A program made the translations under genes and the position numbers. The notes below the pieces were generated by a model. It saw only the letters and a program-made list of their open reading frames with translations, was not told the origin of the DNA and did not search any database. This document shows positions 1 through 8,574 of a DNA stretch of 64,000 bases, piece by piece; within the stretch, counting starts at the first letter, position 1, and every line of letters starts with the position of its first letter. This DNA is from an uncultured Verrucomicrobiae bacterium (GTDB lineage Bacteria; Verrucomicrobiota; Verrucomicrobiia; Chthoniobacterales; UBA10450). The stretch spans positions 1,120,001-1,184,000 of the forward strand of contig CAVWPA010000003.1 of NCBI GenBank assembly GCA_963756875.1. Reading direction: 5' to 3'.

Positions 1-43
1 CGACGCCATCGCCGGGCATCCACGCAATTTTGTATTTAGCCAT
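1..43 (-). CDS. 5' end of an isocitrate/isopropylmalate dehydrogenase family protein (homoisocitrate dehydrogenase-like), runs off the window
   Basis: Reverse strand from ATG at 43 reads MAKYKIAWMPGDGV, the N-terminal PGDG motif of beta-decarboxylating dehydrogenases; lies downstream of homoaconitase. Confidence 0.8.
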   Translation of the reverse strand, partial: MAKYKIAWMPGDGV

Positions 44-52
44 AGAAAAGCG

Positions 53-80
53 ATTCTAGCGGTGCGCGTGACGACCGCAA
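53..80 (-). promoter_or_regulatory. Putative sigma70-type promoter of the dehydrogenase gene
   Basis: Minus strand TTGCGG-N16-TAGAAT, with the -10 box 9 nt upstream of the ATG. Confidence 0.45.
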
Positions 81-125
81 GCGAGAGCGAAAGATCCTGC
101 GGAACCGCGGATTACGCGGATCAAT

Positions 126-351
126 TCCGGGGAGCGCACGCGCCTCGCGTGCTGCGTTCGGCGCCTCGCCGAATGATCTGCATCAGAGATTGGGTCCGCT
201 AAATACGCCAAAGAACGCGAAAGATCGGAGGTCAGAGATCAACTTTCCCTTTTTAGCGTCGTTTCGCGTGTTTCGCGGATCGTCTTTTAGGTAAAAGTTC
301 GCGAAGGCGGGGCGCCTTCGCCAGCACGCGAGGGCGCGTGCGCTCCCCGGA
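126..351. repeat. MITE/REP-like element family A, copy 1 (contains a nested 9-nt-period inverted repeat)
   Basis: Ends TCCGGGGAGCGCACGCGCCTCGCGTGCTG (126-154) and CAGCACGCGAGGGCGCGTGCGCTCCCCGGA (322-351) are inverted repeats; related ends at 10181 and 35274. Confidence 0.8.
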
Positions 352-375
352 TGGCACGGCGACAGAGCGCCGTGG

Positions 376-2360
376 CTACAGCTTCGCCTTTGCGCGGAGG
401 CGGCTGCCCACGAGATTTTCGGCGCCGCCGGCAACGATCAATTCCTGGGCGGCGGGACTGAGCGGCGGGAAGGGGAACGATTTGCCGTCCACGGTCAGGA
501 TCGACTTGGCGTAGTCGATCGTGATTTCTGGTCCGACCGTGGTCGGCTTGCGGTCCTTGAGCGTTTCGCGCAGATACGCCACCAGCTCCGGGCATTCAAA
601 TACCACGAAGCCGTTGTTGAACGCGTTGCGTTTGTAGGTCTCGGAAAAGCTGGCGGCGATGACGCAGGGGATGCCTTTGAATTTCAATGCGGTCGCGGCC
701 TGCTCACGGCTCGAGCCGGTCCCAAAATTCAGGCCGCCCACCACGACGTCGCCTTTTTGATAAAGCGTGTTGAAGTTCGGATCGAAGTTTTCAAACGTGA
801 CCGCCGCCATCTGTTCGGGCGTCATGTCGTCGCGATACGTGTGTTTGCCGGCGTAAATGCCGTCGGTGTTCAAGTTATCCTGATCCACAAAAAGAACGCG
901 GCCGCGCACGCTCGGCGGGAAACCATCGATGATCTCCACCGATGACGAGGGCTTCGATTTGGCTTGTGCGCGTCGAACAGCGGTGCCGGCAGGGCGGTCG
1001 GCAAAATCTTTTGGAGCGCAAATGAATCCGGCCAGCGCACTGGCTGCGACGACTGCGGGCGAACCCAGATACACGAACGCATCTCGATCGCCCATGCGGC
1101 CCTTGAAATTGCGGTTGGTGGCGCTGATCGCGGTTTCACCCTTTTGCACCAGGCCGCGGCCCAGACCGATGCACGTCCCGCAACCGGGTGGCAACGGAAT
1201 CGCACCCGCGTCCACGAGTGCCTGCCAATCGCCCACCGATTGGGACTTGGATTGCACTTCGGCGCTCGCGGCCGCCAGATAAAACTCGACGCCATTGGCA
1301 ACGTGTCCGCCCTGCGCGCGCACAACGTCCGCGGCATCGTGCAAATCTTCGAAGCGCGCGTTCACGCACGACAACAAATAGGCTTTCTGAATGGACACAT
1401 GCTTGCGCTGCATTTCGGGAAGCGACACCATCGTTTTCACTTCGTTAGGTCCCGAGACATGCGGAACCACGGTCGCAAGATCGAGCTCCAGTTCGATGGC
1501 GTACTCCGCGTCCGCGTCGGCGGCGATCTCGTTCCGATCTTCCCACCACTCGTCGATGTCGGCGTTGGTATAACCGGACCGGCTCTTTCGGACCGCGCGT
1601 TCCCGGCCGATTGGGATTAGTGAACGTGGGGACGCGCGAACGCAGATAACGCACCGTGACCGCATCGAACGGGAACACGCCCGCGAGCGCGCCCCACTCG
1701 GTTGTCATGTTGGCGACGGTCATGCGCGCGTCCATGGAAAGGGTTGCCACGCCGTCGCCTGCAAATTCCACGGCATGATTGAGCACCTCATCCTTATTAA
1801 AGAGACCGCACAACGCGATGATGACGTCCTTGCCGGTAACGCCGGGCGAAAGTTTTCCTTTGAGCACCACCTTTGCCACTTTCGGGACCTGCCACCATGT
1901 GACGCCGGTGGCCCAAATACTCGCGGCATCGGTCCGCACTACCGGTGTCCCGAGCGCCGCGACGGCGCCGTATAAATTAGAGTGCGAATCGCTGGCCACC
2001 ACGAGCGCGCCGGGAACAACGTAGCCTTGTTCCACCATTACCTGGTGCGAGATACCCGTGCCGGCCGGGTAGAAATCGACTCCTTGTTCGGCCGCGAACT
2101 TCTGGATGTTCGCGTACTTCTCCAGATTCTTCGGAGACGTATTTTGAATGTCGTGATCGATGGCGAACACCGGTTGCCCCGGGTCCGCGATCGCGGTCGC
2201 GCCGATCTGCTTGAACTTCGGGATGACGGCGGCGGTGTTGTCGTGCGTCATCACATGCCGCGGGCGAATGGAAATAAAATCGCCCGAACGTACGATCGTC
2301 GCCGGGGGCGAGTCCATCAGCGTGCCGAGTCGCGATCTTTTCTACGAGCGTGAGTCCCAT
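376..2360 (-). pseudogene. lysF: Single-chain homoaconitate hydratase (fungal LYS4/LysF type), interrupted by two +1 frameshifts (about 2304-2308 and 1586-1588), possibly assembly errors
   Basis: MGLTLVEKI start at 2360; motifs MTHDN, DHDIQN, DSHSNLYG, ANMTTEWGAL, LSCVN, PGCGTCIG, NRNFKGRMG, NTDGIY and NFGTGSSREQA spread over three frames; deleting 2 nt gives a 660-aa ORF. Confidence 0.85.
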
Positions 2361-2427
2361 ATCAATTATTCTAAATAAAGATCGCAAGAACCATAGCCGT
2401 CAATTTGTTCTGATGCGAGGCACGCTG

Positions 2428-2490
2428 TTGTAGGGCAAGCGCGTCGCTTGCCAGATCAGAACAGAGGCAAGCGGAGCGCTCGCCCTACAA
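2428..2490. repeat. GTAG-type REP doublet
   Basis: TTGTAGGGC...GCCCTACAA inverted ends with internal GC hairpins. Confidence 0.75.
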
Positions 2491-2670
2491 TTTCATCGGC
2501 GGTGTGATTCGTGTGATTTGCGGGCAGGAATTATTTCTTGGCAGCACGTTTGCCGAAAAGCTTGGTGATATCGAAATCCGGGTGACCCGAGGGCCGGGAT
2601 GTTAGACATTATCCTACATCCTGTGTCTTTTGCTGGTTATTTGTTAGGGAATAGGTATATCATCATCACC

Positions 2671-2740
2671 AATCCGAATAGGCGAGCCGTTCCGGCGCAA
2701 GCGCAGCGGGGCAACCGCTGAATGACTTCTCTCATCGGTT
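2671..2740 (+). promoter_or_regulatory. Candidate structured 5' leader RNA upstream of the PEP-CTERM gene
   Basis: GAGCCGTTC/GAATGACTT stem enclosing GC-GCAA-GC and CAGCGG-GGCAA-CCGCTG hairpins, ending 15 nt before the ATG. Confidence 0.4.
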
Positions 2741-2755
2741 CGAAGGGAAACTACT

Positions 2756-3706
2756 ATGAATCTTACTATCAATATCCGACTAATTATTACTGGCTTGGCT
2801 GTCTGTATCGCGCTTTGGACAATCCCCGAACCCGCTCGTGGGCAAATCTATGTATCGAACGAGGGCAACACCACGATCGGCGAATACACAACATCGGGCG
2901 CAACGGTCAACAGCTCCTTTATTTCTTCGGGGCTGAATATCCCGAAATACATGGTGGTGTCCGGAGGGAATTTGTATGTGGTGAACAATGGCAACGGCAC
3001 GATTGGCGAATACGACGCCACCACCGGGGCAACGATCAACAGCTCCTTTATTTCGGGATTGAGTGGCCCGATAGGCATCGCGTTGTCCGGAGGGAATTTG
3101 TATGTGGTGAACAATGGCAACGGCGGCATCGGCGAATACAACGCCACCACCGGGGCGACAATCAACGCGTCGCTGGTCTCGGGATTGAATGACCCATACG
3201 ATGTCGCGGTATCGGGAGGAAATCTGTATGTCGACCTCAGTCAGCCCGGCACGATTGGCGAATACAACGCCACGACCGGGGCGACGATTAACGCCTCGCG
3301 GGTCTCGGGGTTGAGCAGCGGCCTGACAGGCATCGTGGTGTCCGGAGGGAATTTGTTTGTAGCGAATCAGCCCAACGGCACGATTGGCGAATACGACGCC
3401 GCGACCGGGGCGACGGTAAACGGCTCGCTGGTCTCGGGGTTGTCTGCCCCGGCTGGCCTCGCTTCGTTCGAAGGAAATCTGTATGTAGTCAACCAGAGCA
3501 TCAACACGATTGGCGAATACGACGGCACCACTGGGACGGCGATTAACGCCTCGTTGGTCTCGGGGTTGAATACTCCAACTGACGTCGAGGTAGTGCCTGA
3601 GCCCTCCACCTGGGCCGCCGGTCTCCTTACGGCAGGCACACTGTCGTGTACGATTATCTGGCGCAGGCGGGCCGGATGGCTCCGACGCAGAACACACGCT
3701 TGCTAA
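2756..3706 (+). CDS. PEP-CTERM surface protein with six ~42-aa NHL-like beta-propeller repeats
   Basis: Signal peptide; six NLYVxxxxxxTIGEYxATTGATINxSxxSGL repeats; C-terminal VPEPSTW + hydrophobic stretch + RRR. Confidence 0.9.
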   Translation: MNLTINIRLIITGLAVCIALWTIPEPARGQIYVSNEGNTTIGEYTTSGATVNSSFISSGLNIPKYMVVSGGNLYVVNNGNGTIGEYDATTGATINSSFISGLSGPIGIALSGGNLYVVNNGNGGIGEYNATTGATINASLVSGLNDPYDVAVSGGNLYVDLSQPGTIGEYNATTGATINASRVSGLSSGLTGIVVSGGNLFVANQPNGTIGEYDAATGATVNGSLVSGLSAPAGLASFEGNLYVVNQSINTIGEYDGTTGTAINASLVSGLNTPTDVEVVPEPSTWAAGLLTAGTLSCTIIWRRRAGWLRRRTHAC

Positions 3707-3793
3707 ACAAGCTGGCCAACAAGGCTACGAGGCGCTCGACTTGAAGAAGCGCAGCGCGCCGCGTCTCCCCAACCAGCGTGAGGCCCATATCGC

Positions 3794-4000
3794 TTATCCT
3801 ATGTTGATTTCCTTTCCGTAAAGACGTTTGAACAGTTGCTTTCGCTGCTCCGATTCCGATAACCCCCGTGGCAGCGACGCTTTTACCATTTCCCTCGCGC
3901 TATCGAACATTTGCGCGCCCATCACAAAGCGTTCTTCGCCGGAAAGAGCCATTAATTTTTCGCGCATCACTCGTTCGATGTTGGGCGCAGTATCGGTCAT
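3794..4000 (-). CDS. Small (68 aa) protein translationally coupled to the nucleotidyltransferase
   Basis: MTDTAPNIER...; ATG overlaps the upstream TGA (ATGA). Confidence 0.75.
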   Translation of the reverse strand: MTDTAPNIERVMREKLMALSGEERFVMGAQMFDSAREMVKASLPRGLSESEQRKQLFKRLYGKEINIG

Positions 4001-4533
4001 GCCAGGCACTCCTTCAGTAAGGTATCCAGGCCCAGTTCACGCGTCCAGCGTCGCAGATAGGGCGCGTCATATCCGGTGGCGAGCAGATTCCGGACATCGC
4101 CCAGTTGCAACTCGGAGTGCGAATCCTTCGCCCAGAAAAGCTTCGATATGATAAGGTCTTCCTTGCTCACGATAAATGTCGTGAAATCAAGAATTGAAAT
4201 CCTTTGTCTCCGTTCAAACTCCGCCTGGCGATACTCGTTTTTTTTGCGGAGGATGCAGTCCACTTTGATCACGCTTTGCTGGTGAATGACATTGAAAATC
4301 GACTCATTAGCGATCGATTCGCGAACATTGTCCTCGCTTACATAGTAGTCCGGCCGAAATAGGGCAGCTACGCGGGTAGCGTCTTCCGGTTCAATCGCGA
4401 TCACGACATCGATATCGCGGGTCATGCGCGGTTGCGCATAGTAGTTCATCGCCATGGAACCGGTGAGCATGTACGGGATGCCGGCCTCGTCGAATCTGTG
4501 AGAAATGTCGCGCACAATGTCGATCTCATTCAT
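3997..4533 (-). CDS. Pol-beta-superfamily nucleotidyltransferase-like protein
   Basis: GSMAM...PRMTRDIDVV (GS...DxD), VD, SKEDLIISK motifs; start taken at MNEIDIV. Confidence 0.8.
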   Translation of the reverse strand: MNEIDIVRDISHRFDEAGIPYMLTGSMAMNYYAQPRMTRDIDVVIAIEPEDATRVAALFRPDYYVSEDNVRESIANESIFNVIHQQSVIKVDCILRKKNEYRQAEFERRQRISILDFTTFIVSKEDLIISKLFWAKDSHSELQLGDVRNLLATGYDAPYLRRWTRELGLDTLLKECLA

Positions 4534-4561
4534 CGAACCGGCTGGGATCAGCGATCCCCGG

Positions 4562-5173
4562 CTACAGCTTCTTCGCCGCGCGTTTGCCGAGGAGTTTGGC
4601 GATATCGAAGTCCACGAAGTCGGCGTGATGAAAAATGATCGACTCGATGGAGCGTTCGACTTTGTCACCTTCATGGCTGTGCGTGGCGATGATGTGCATG
4701 ACTTCGCCGGGAATCCCGTGTTTGTACGCGAGCGCAACACCGCTGAACGGATGCCGCAGTTGTTGCCCGAGTTTTCCCTGGACTACTTTGCCGGATGCGT
4801 CCTTGTCGTACTCCAACGGCTTCCCCACGTCGGCCAGAAGCGCACCCGCGATGAGATAGTCTCGCTGGACCGGAATGCCGCAGCGGAACGATTTTTCGAG
4901 CACATCGGCGATGGCGATGCATTGCAACGCGCAGGAATTCAGATGCTCGACGAACGTCATGTCGATGTCGCCGGCGAGGAGCGTGAACTTGACCGCCCGC
5001 AGTTCGTCAAAGGTCCAACCTTTCCCACCGCAGCCGGTTGTAATGGCTTCGTTCCAGACCGCCGCCACTTTTTCGCGCAGCGACTTGTCGCTGATCTTTA
5101 GCAAGCTGGGGAAGAGGTCCGCGATTTCGTTAACGCCGTAATTGGTTCTTTGGGTCGTAGTCATAATGATCAC
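4562..5173 (-). CDS. HD/HDIG-superfamily protein with HD changed to AD
   Basis: FVEH...GALLADVGK...RHPFSG...HIIATHSHEG...HHAD. Confidence 0.85.
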   Translation of the reverse strand: MIIMTTTQRTNYGVNEIADLFPSLLKISDKSLREKVAAVWNEAITTGCGGKGWTFDELRAVKFTLLAGDIDMTFVEHLNSCALQCIAIADVLEKSFRCGIPVQRDYLIAGALLADVGKPLEYDKDASGKVVQGKLGQQLRHPFSGVALAYKHGIPGEVMHIIATHSHEGDKVERSIESIIFHHADFVDFDIAKLLGKRAAKKL

Positions 5174-5463
5174 GCGGCTTTCCGCCGATATTTTTGAGGC
5201 TTTGAAGAAGTTCGTTCTATTATTTTTCTAGCTTCCAGATCGAGTTTAACCGTTTCTGCATACCAACTGATACTTCCTGAAAATCTGTTCTTCAGGCTCT
5301 TGTTAACCTTTTCGGATAATTGGGTGTGGGTAAGCTGCTTATTTTGCAAGGCGGACAAGATGGCTTTCTTAAGCGTCTCGTATTTCCCCTTGTCGATATT
5401 TTTCCCGCTCTTACCCAATGGGTGTTTGGTGAGTATTTTTTCTTCTGTCATTTGCCTCTCCAT
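5170..5463 (-). CDS. Small basic winged-helix-like protein (DUF6958-like)
   Basis: HPLGKSG...KYE...GSISWYAETVKLDLEARKIIER; stop overlaps the HD gene start. Confidence 0.7.
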   Translation of the reverse strand: MERQMTEEKILTKHPLGKSGKNIDKGKYETLKKAILSALQNKQLTHTQLSEKVNKSLKNRFSGSISWYAETVKLDLEARKIIERTSSKPQKYRRKAA

Positions 5464-5479
5464 TCATGATTGACGACTA

Positions 5480-6448
5480 ATGAACACGAATCACACGAAT
5501 AGCGGAATGACTTTTTGCCGATGGATTGGGGTTTCGATGGTATGTGCAGGAACGATACTTGCGCGGCCGCCGGGCGGCCCAGGCGGGCCTCCCAACAATA
5601 GCCGTGTGAAAATGGATCTTCCATCGCGGGTGTCGATCCGCACCGAAGGCGAACGCCGGATCATCGAGAGCAATGGGATTCCCGACCATGAAACGGGGAC
5701 GTTTCCCGGCCCGGGAAATCCCAATGCGATCATGGCGCAAAATTATCACTTTGAAACCACAACGCATCCCACGAAAGCGGCCCATCCCATGTCGATCCGG
5801 AGGTGGCTTTTTGGCGTCGCCATCGACGGCGTGGTGTTCGATCCCGGGACTGCGGATTACTGGCGCAACGACCGCAATTCCGTCTGGAACGTGGAAGGAA
5901 TCATCGACGGACGGCGCACGTTGGGGATCGATTGGAGCGACGCGCACGTGCAACCAAACGGCGCCTATCATTACCACGGCGTCCCCTGGGGCATCCTGCA
6001 AAAACATCATGCGGAAAAAAAGATGTTCCTGGTTGGGTGGGCGGCGGACGGGTTTCCGATCTACGGACCGTACGCCTACAAGGATCCGAATAATGCTTCG
6101 AGTCCGGTGGTTGAAATGAAATCGTCGTACCGGCTGAAGAGCGGAATGAGGCCCGCGGGGAACGAGGGACCGGGAGGACGTTACGACGGAACGTATACCG
6201 GCGATTACGAATATGTAGCAGGGGCGGGAGATTTGGATGAATGCAACGGACGCACGGGAGTGACGCCGGAGTTTCCAGGAGGGACGTATTATTATGTGGT
6301 GACCGAAACCTTCCCGATCGTGTCCCGTTATTTCCGTGGGACACCCGACCCGAGTTTTCGGCATCCGTTCGATCCCGCGCGCGGACGCGGCCCGGGCGGA
6401 CCAGGAGCACCGGGCGGTCGGCCGCCACCGCCATTCCGTAACCACTAA
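5480..6448 (+). CDS. YHYH-domain secreted protein (start may be 5507)
   Basis: SNGIPDH, GVAIDGV, AHVQPNGAYHYHG, GWAADGFPIYG, GDLDECNGR motifs; Pro/Gly-rich ends. Confidence 0.85.
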   Translation: MNTNHTNSGMTFCRWIGVSMVCAGTILARPPGGPGGPPNNSRVKMDLPSRVSIRTEGERRIIESNGIPDHETGTFPGPGNPNAIMAQNYHFETTTHPTKAAHPMSIRRWLFGVAIDGVVFDPGTADYWRNDRNSVWNVEGIIDGRRTLGIDWSDAHVQPNGAYHYHGVPWGILQKHHAEKKMFLVGWAADGFPIYGPYAYKDPNNASSPVVEMKSSYRLKSGMRPAGNEGPGGRYDGTYTGDYEYVAGAGDLDECNGRTGVTPEFPGGTYYYVVTETFPIVSRYFRGTPDPSFRHPFDPARGRGPGGPGAPGGRPPPPFRNH

Positions 6449-6871
6449 TAAACACGAATGGACACGAATGACGGAAAGCTGGTGGCCAAAGAAGAGGTGT
6501 TTCGCATTGTCGGCTGTGCGATCGAGGTTCTTAACGCGCTTGGGCACGGCTTGGTTGAAAAGCCATACGAAAATGCGTTAGCGGTAGAGTTTGGTCTGCA
6601 AAATATGCCTTTTCGGCAGCAGCCTTCGTTCGACGTTTTTTATAAGGAGCATAAGGTAGGTCTCTTCATTCCCGACTTAATCGCATTCGACACCGTTGTG
6701 GTGGACACAAAGGTGATTGATCGAATCACCGATCATGAGCGTGGATTGATGCTGAACTACCTTCGAATCACGAATCTGCGCGTTGGAGTTGTCCTGAATT
6801 TCAAACGTCCCAAACTAGAGTGGGAGAGAATTATTTTATGAATTTGTGTTCATTCGTGTCCATTCGTGGTT
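6440..6871. repeat. Imperfect 30-bp inverted repeats of 10-nt period bracketing GxxExxY
   Basis: AACCACTAATAAACACGAATGGACACGAAT (6440-6469) versus ATTTGTGTTCATTCGTGTCCATTCGTGGTT (6842-6871); a third, direct copy at 5476-5500. Confidence 0.8.
6458..6841 (+). CDS. GxxExxY protein (PD-(D/E)XK nuclease-like fold)
   Basis: LGHGLVEKPYENAL (GxxExxY), PDLI...DTK, NYLRIT...GVVLNF. Confidence 0.9.
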   Translation: MDTNDGKLVAKEEVFRIVGCAIEVLNALGHGLVEKPYENALAVEFGLQNMPFRQQPSFDVFYKEHKVGLFIPDLIAFDTVVVDTKVIDRITDHERGLMLNYLRITNLRVGVVLNFKRPKLEWERIIL

Positions 6872-8574
6872 AGAGATCTAGGCGGCGGGCCGTCGTAGCC
6901 ATGCTTGACCGGATCGATTCGCCGCATCGGTTTCTCGCGGGTTTGTTCTTCGATCACGTGTGCCACAAGTCCGGGAGTTCGCGCGATCATGAAGATTCCG
7001 TTGAACGCCGCCGGGTCCATTCCCAGATCGGCAAGGATGGCGCCGATCGCGCCGTCTACGTTGATCGGCAGCGCTTTTTTCGCATCGGCGAACGATTTCT
7101 CGACGGCTCGCGCCGCTTTCATGTGCGCTCCGTCGACGCCGGCCTTCCGCGCCAGCTCGAACAAACGTGCCGTGCGCGGGTCCCTGGTGTGATAGCGATG
7201 GCCAAAACCCGGCATGCGGTCGCCGCTCTCTCTCATCTCCGCCAGAGTGCGTGTAGCCGCTTCATCCATTGAAATGGATTCGCACGTGGCGCGGTCCGCG
7301 ATCTTTTTTAGTTGTCGGGCGCAATCTTCGATCGCGCCGCCATGATGACGATTGATCGACATGATTCCGGCGGCGACCGACGCGCTGAGCGACGCGCCGG
7401 TGGACGCAACCGTTCGCGCGGCCAACGCGCTCGGCGGCGTCGCGCCATGATCGATCGACGATACCAGGATCGCATCCATCAATTGTCCGATCGCGGGCGA
7501 CGGCAGTTCGCCGGTCAAAATTAAATACACCGCTGCGCCAAATGAAACGCGTCCCATCAGATCGGCGATGTCATATCCGCGCACGGCGACCCGGTTCGGT
7601 TCGATTTGCGTTACTGCGGTGTTCCAGACCGCATTCTTGTCAGTTTCGCTCATAAGACTCTGTCCTTTCATTTGCTTGAGAATTTCAACCACGGCATCCG
7701 GCAGGTCGCCGAACGCATCGACTACGGTGGCGCCTGCTTCGCGCAGCGCTTTCACTTTGCCAGCGTGCGTGCCCCGACCGCCTTCAATGATCGCTCCCGC
7801 GTGACTGAAACGCGTGCCTTCGCGTGCCGCTTTACCGCCGATATACGCAATCACCGGCTTCGTCATTTTTCGATCGCGAATCAGTTGCGCCAGTTCCTCT
7901 TCCTGTGACGAACCAATTTCGCCAAAGATGACGACGGCTTCGGTGAGCGGGTCGGCTTCAAACATCAGAGCCGCGTCGGGGATACGAATTCCAAGAACGG
8001 CGTCGCCGCCAATGTGCGCGATGGTTGAAATGCGCACGCCGGCTTGCCCGAGATAGTAGCCGGTGCTCGAAGCCATCCCGCCGGATCGACTGATCACGCC
8101 AACACCTTTCGGAATGCCCGGCTTGAACCATTGCTTCGCACTTTCGGCGCGACCGCCGATCATGCCGGCCACGGCCTTGCCCGGGCTCAACACTCCAAGC
8201 GTGTTCGGTCCCAGAAAAATCGCGCCATTCGCTTTGGCCGCGGCGGCGATCTCCATGGCGTCCCATACTGGAACGCGATCGGGCACGAGCACGGTCAGCT
8301 TGATTCCCGCGTCGATGGCGGAAATTGCCGCTTCCTTCACACCCGCGGCGGGCACAAAGATTACGGAGATGTCGATTTGGCCGAGAGCCTTTACCGCGTC
8401 CTGCGGCGTATTGAACACGGGCACGCCGAAGACGGCCTGTCCGCCTTTACCCGGTGTGACGCCGGCGACCACGTTGGTTCCGTACTCGCGCATGAGGCGC
8501 GTGCGCGCCCGGCCTTCGCGGCCAGTGATTCCCTGCACCAGGACGCGCTTGGTTTCGTCGATTAAAATTGCCAT
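6850..8574 (-). CDS. Succinyl/citryl-CoA ligase alpha subunit fused to a citryl-CoA lyase domain (AclA-like architecture)
   Basis: N-half QGITG, GVTPGKGG, GPNTLG, SRSG, FGEIG and phospho-His SHAGAII; C-half DHGATPPS, HGGA, PGFGHRYH-DPR, NVDGAIG. Confidence 0.9.
   Translation of the reverse strand: MAILIDETKRVLVQGITGREGRARTRLMREYGTNVVAGVTPGKGGQAVFGVPVFNTPQDAVKALGQIDISVIFVPAAGVKEAAISAIDAGIKLTVLVPDRVPVWDAMEIAAAAKANGAIFLGPNTLGVLSPGKAVAGMIGGRAESAKQWFKPGIPKGVGVISRSGGMASSTGYYLGQAGVRISTIAHIGGDAVLGIRIPDAALMFEADPLTEAVVIFGEIGSSQEEELAQLIRDRKMTKPVIAYIGGKAAREGTRFSHAGAIIEGGRGTHAGKVKALREAGATVVDAFGDLPDAVVEILKQMKGQSLMSETDKNAVWNTAVTQIEPNRVAVRGYDIADLMGRVSFGAAVYLILTGELPSPAIGQLMDAILVSSIDHGATPPSALAARTVASTGASLSASVAAGIMSINRHHGGAIEDCARQLKKIADRATCESISMDEAATRTLAEMRESGDRMPGFGHRYHTRDPRTARLFELARKAGVDGAHMKAARAVEKSFADAKKALPINVDGAIGAILADLGMDPAAFNGIFMIARTPGLVAHVIEEQTREKPMRRIDPVKHGYDGPPPRSLTTNGHE

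Noticed and set aside
2840..3600. Regular ~126-bp DNA repeats resembling a CRISPR array or DGR
   Set aside because: They are in-frame coding repeats of a propeller protein; there are no unique spacers, cas genes or reverse transcriptase.
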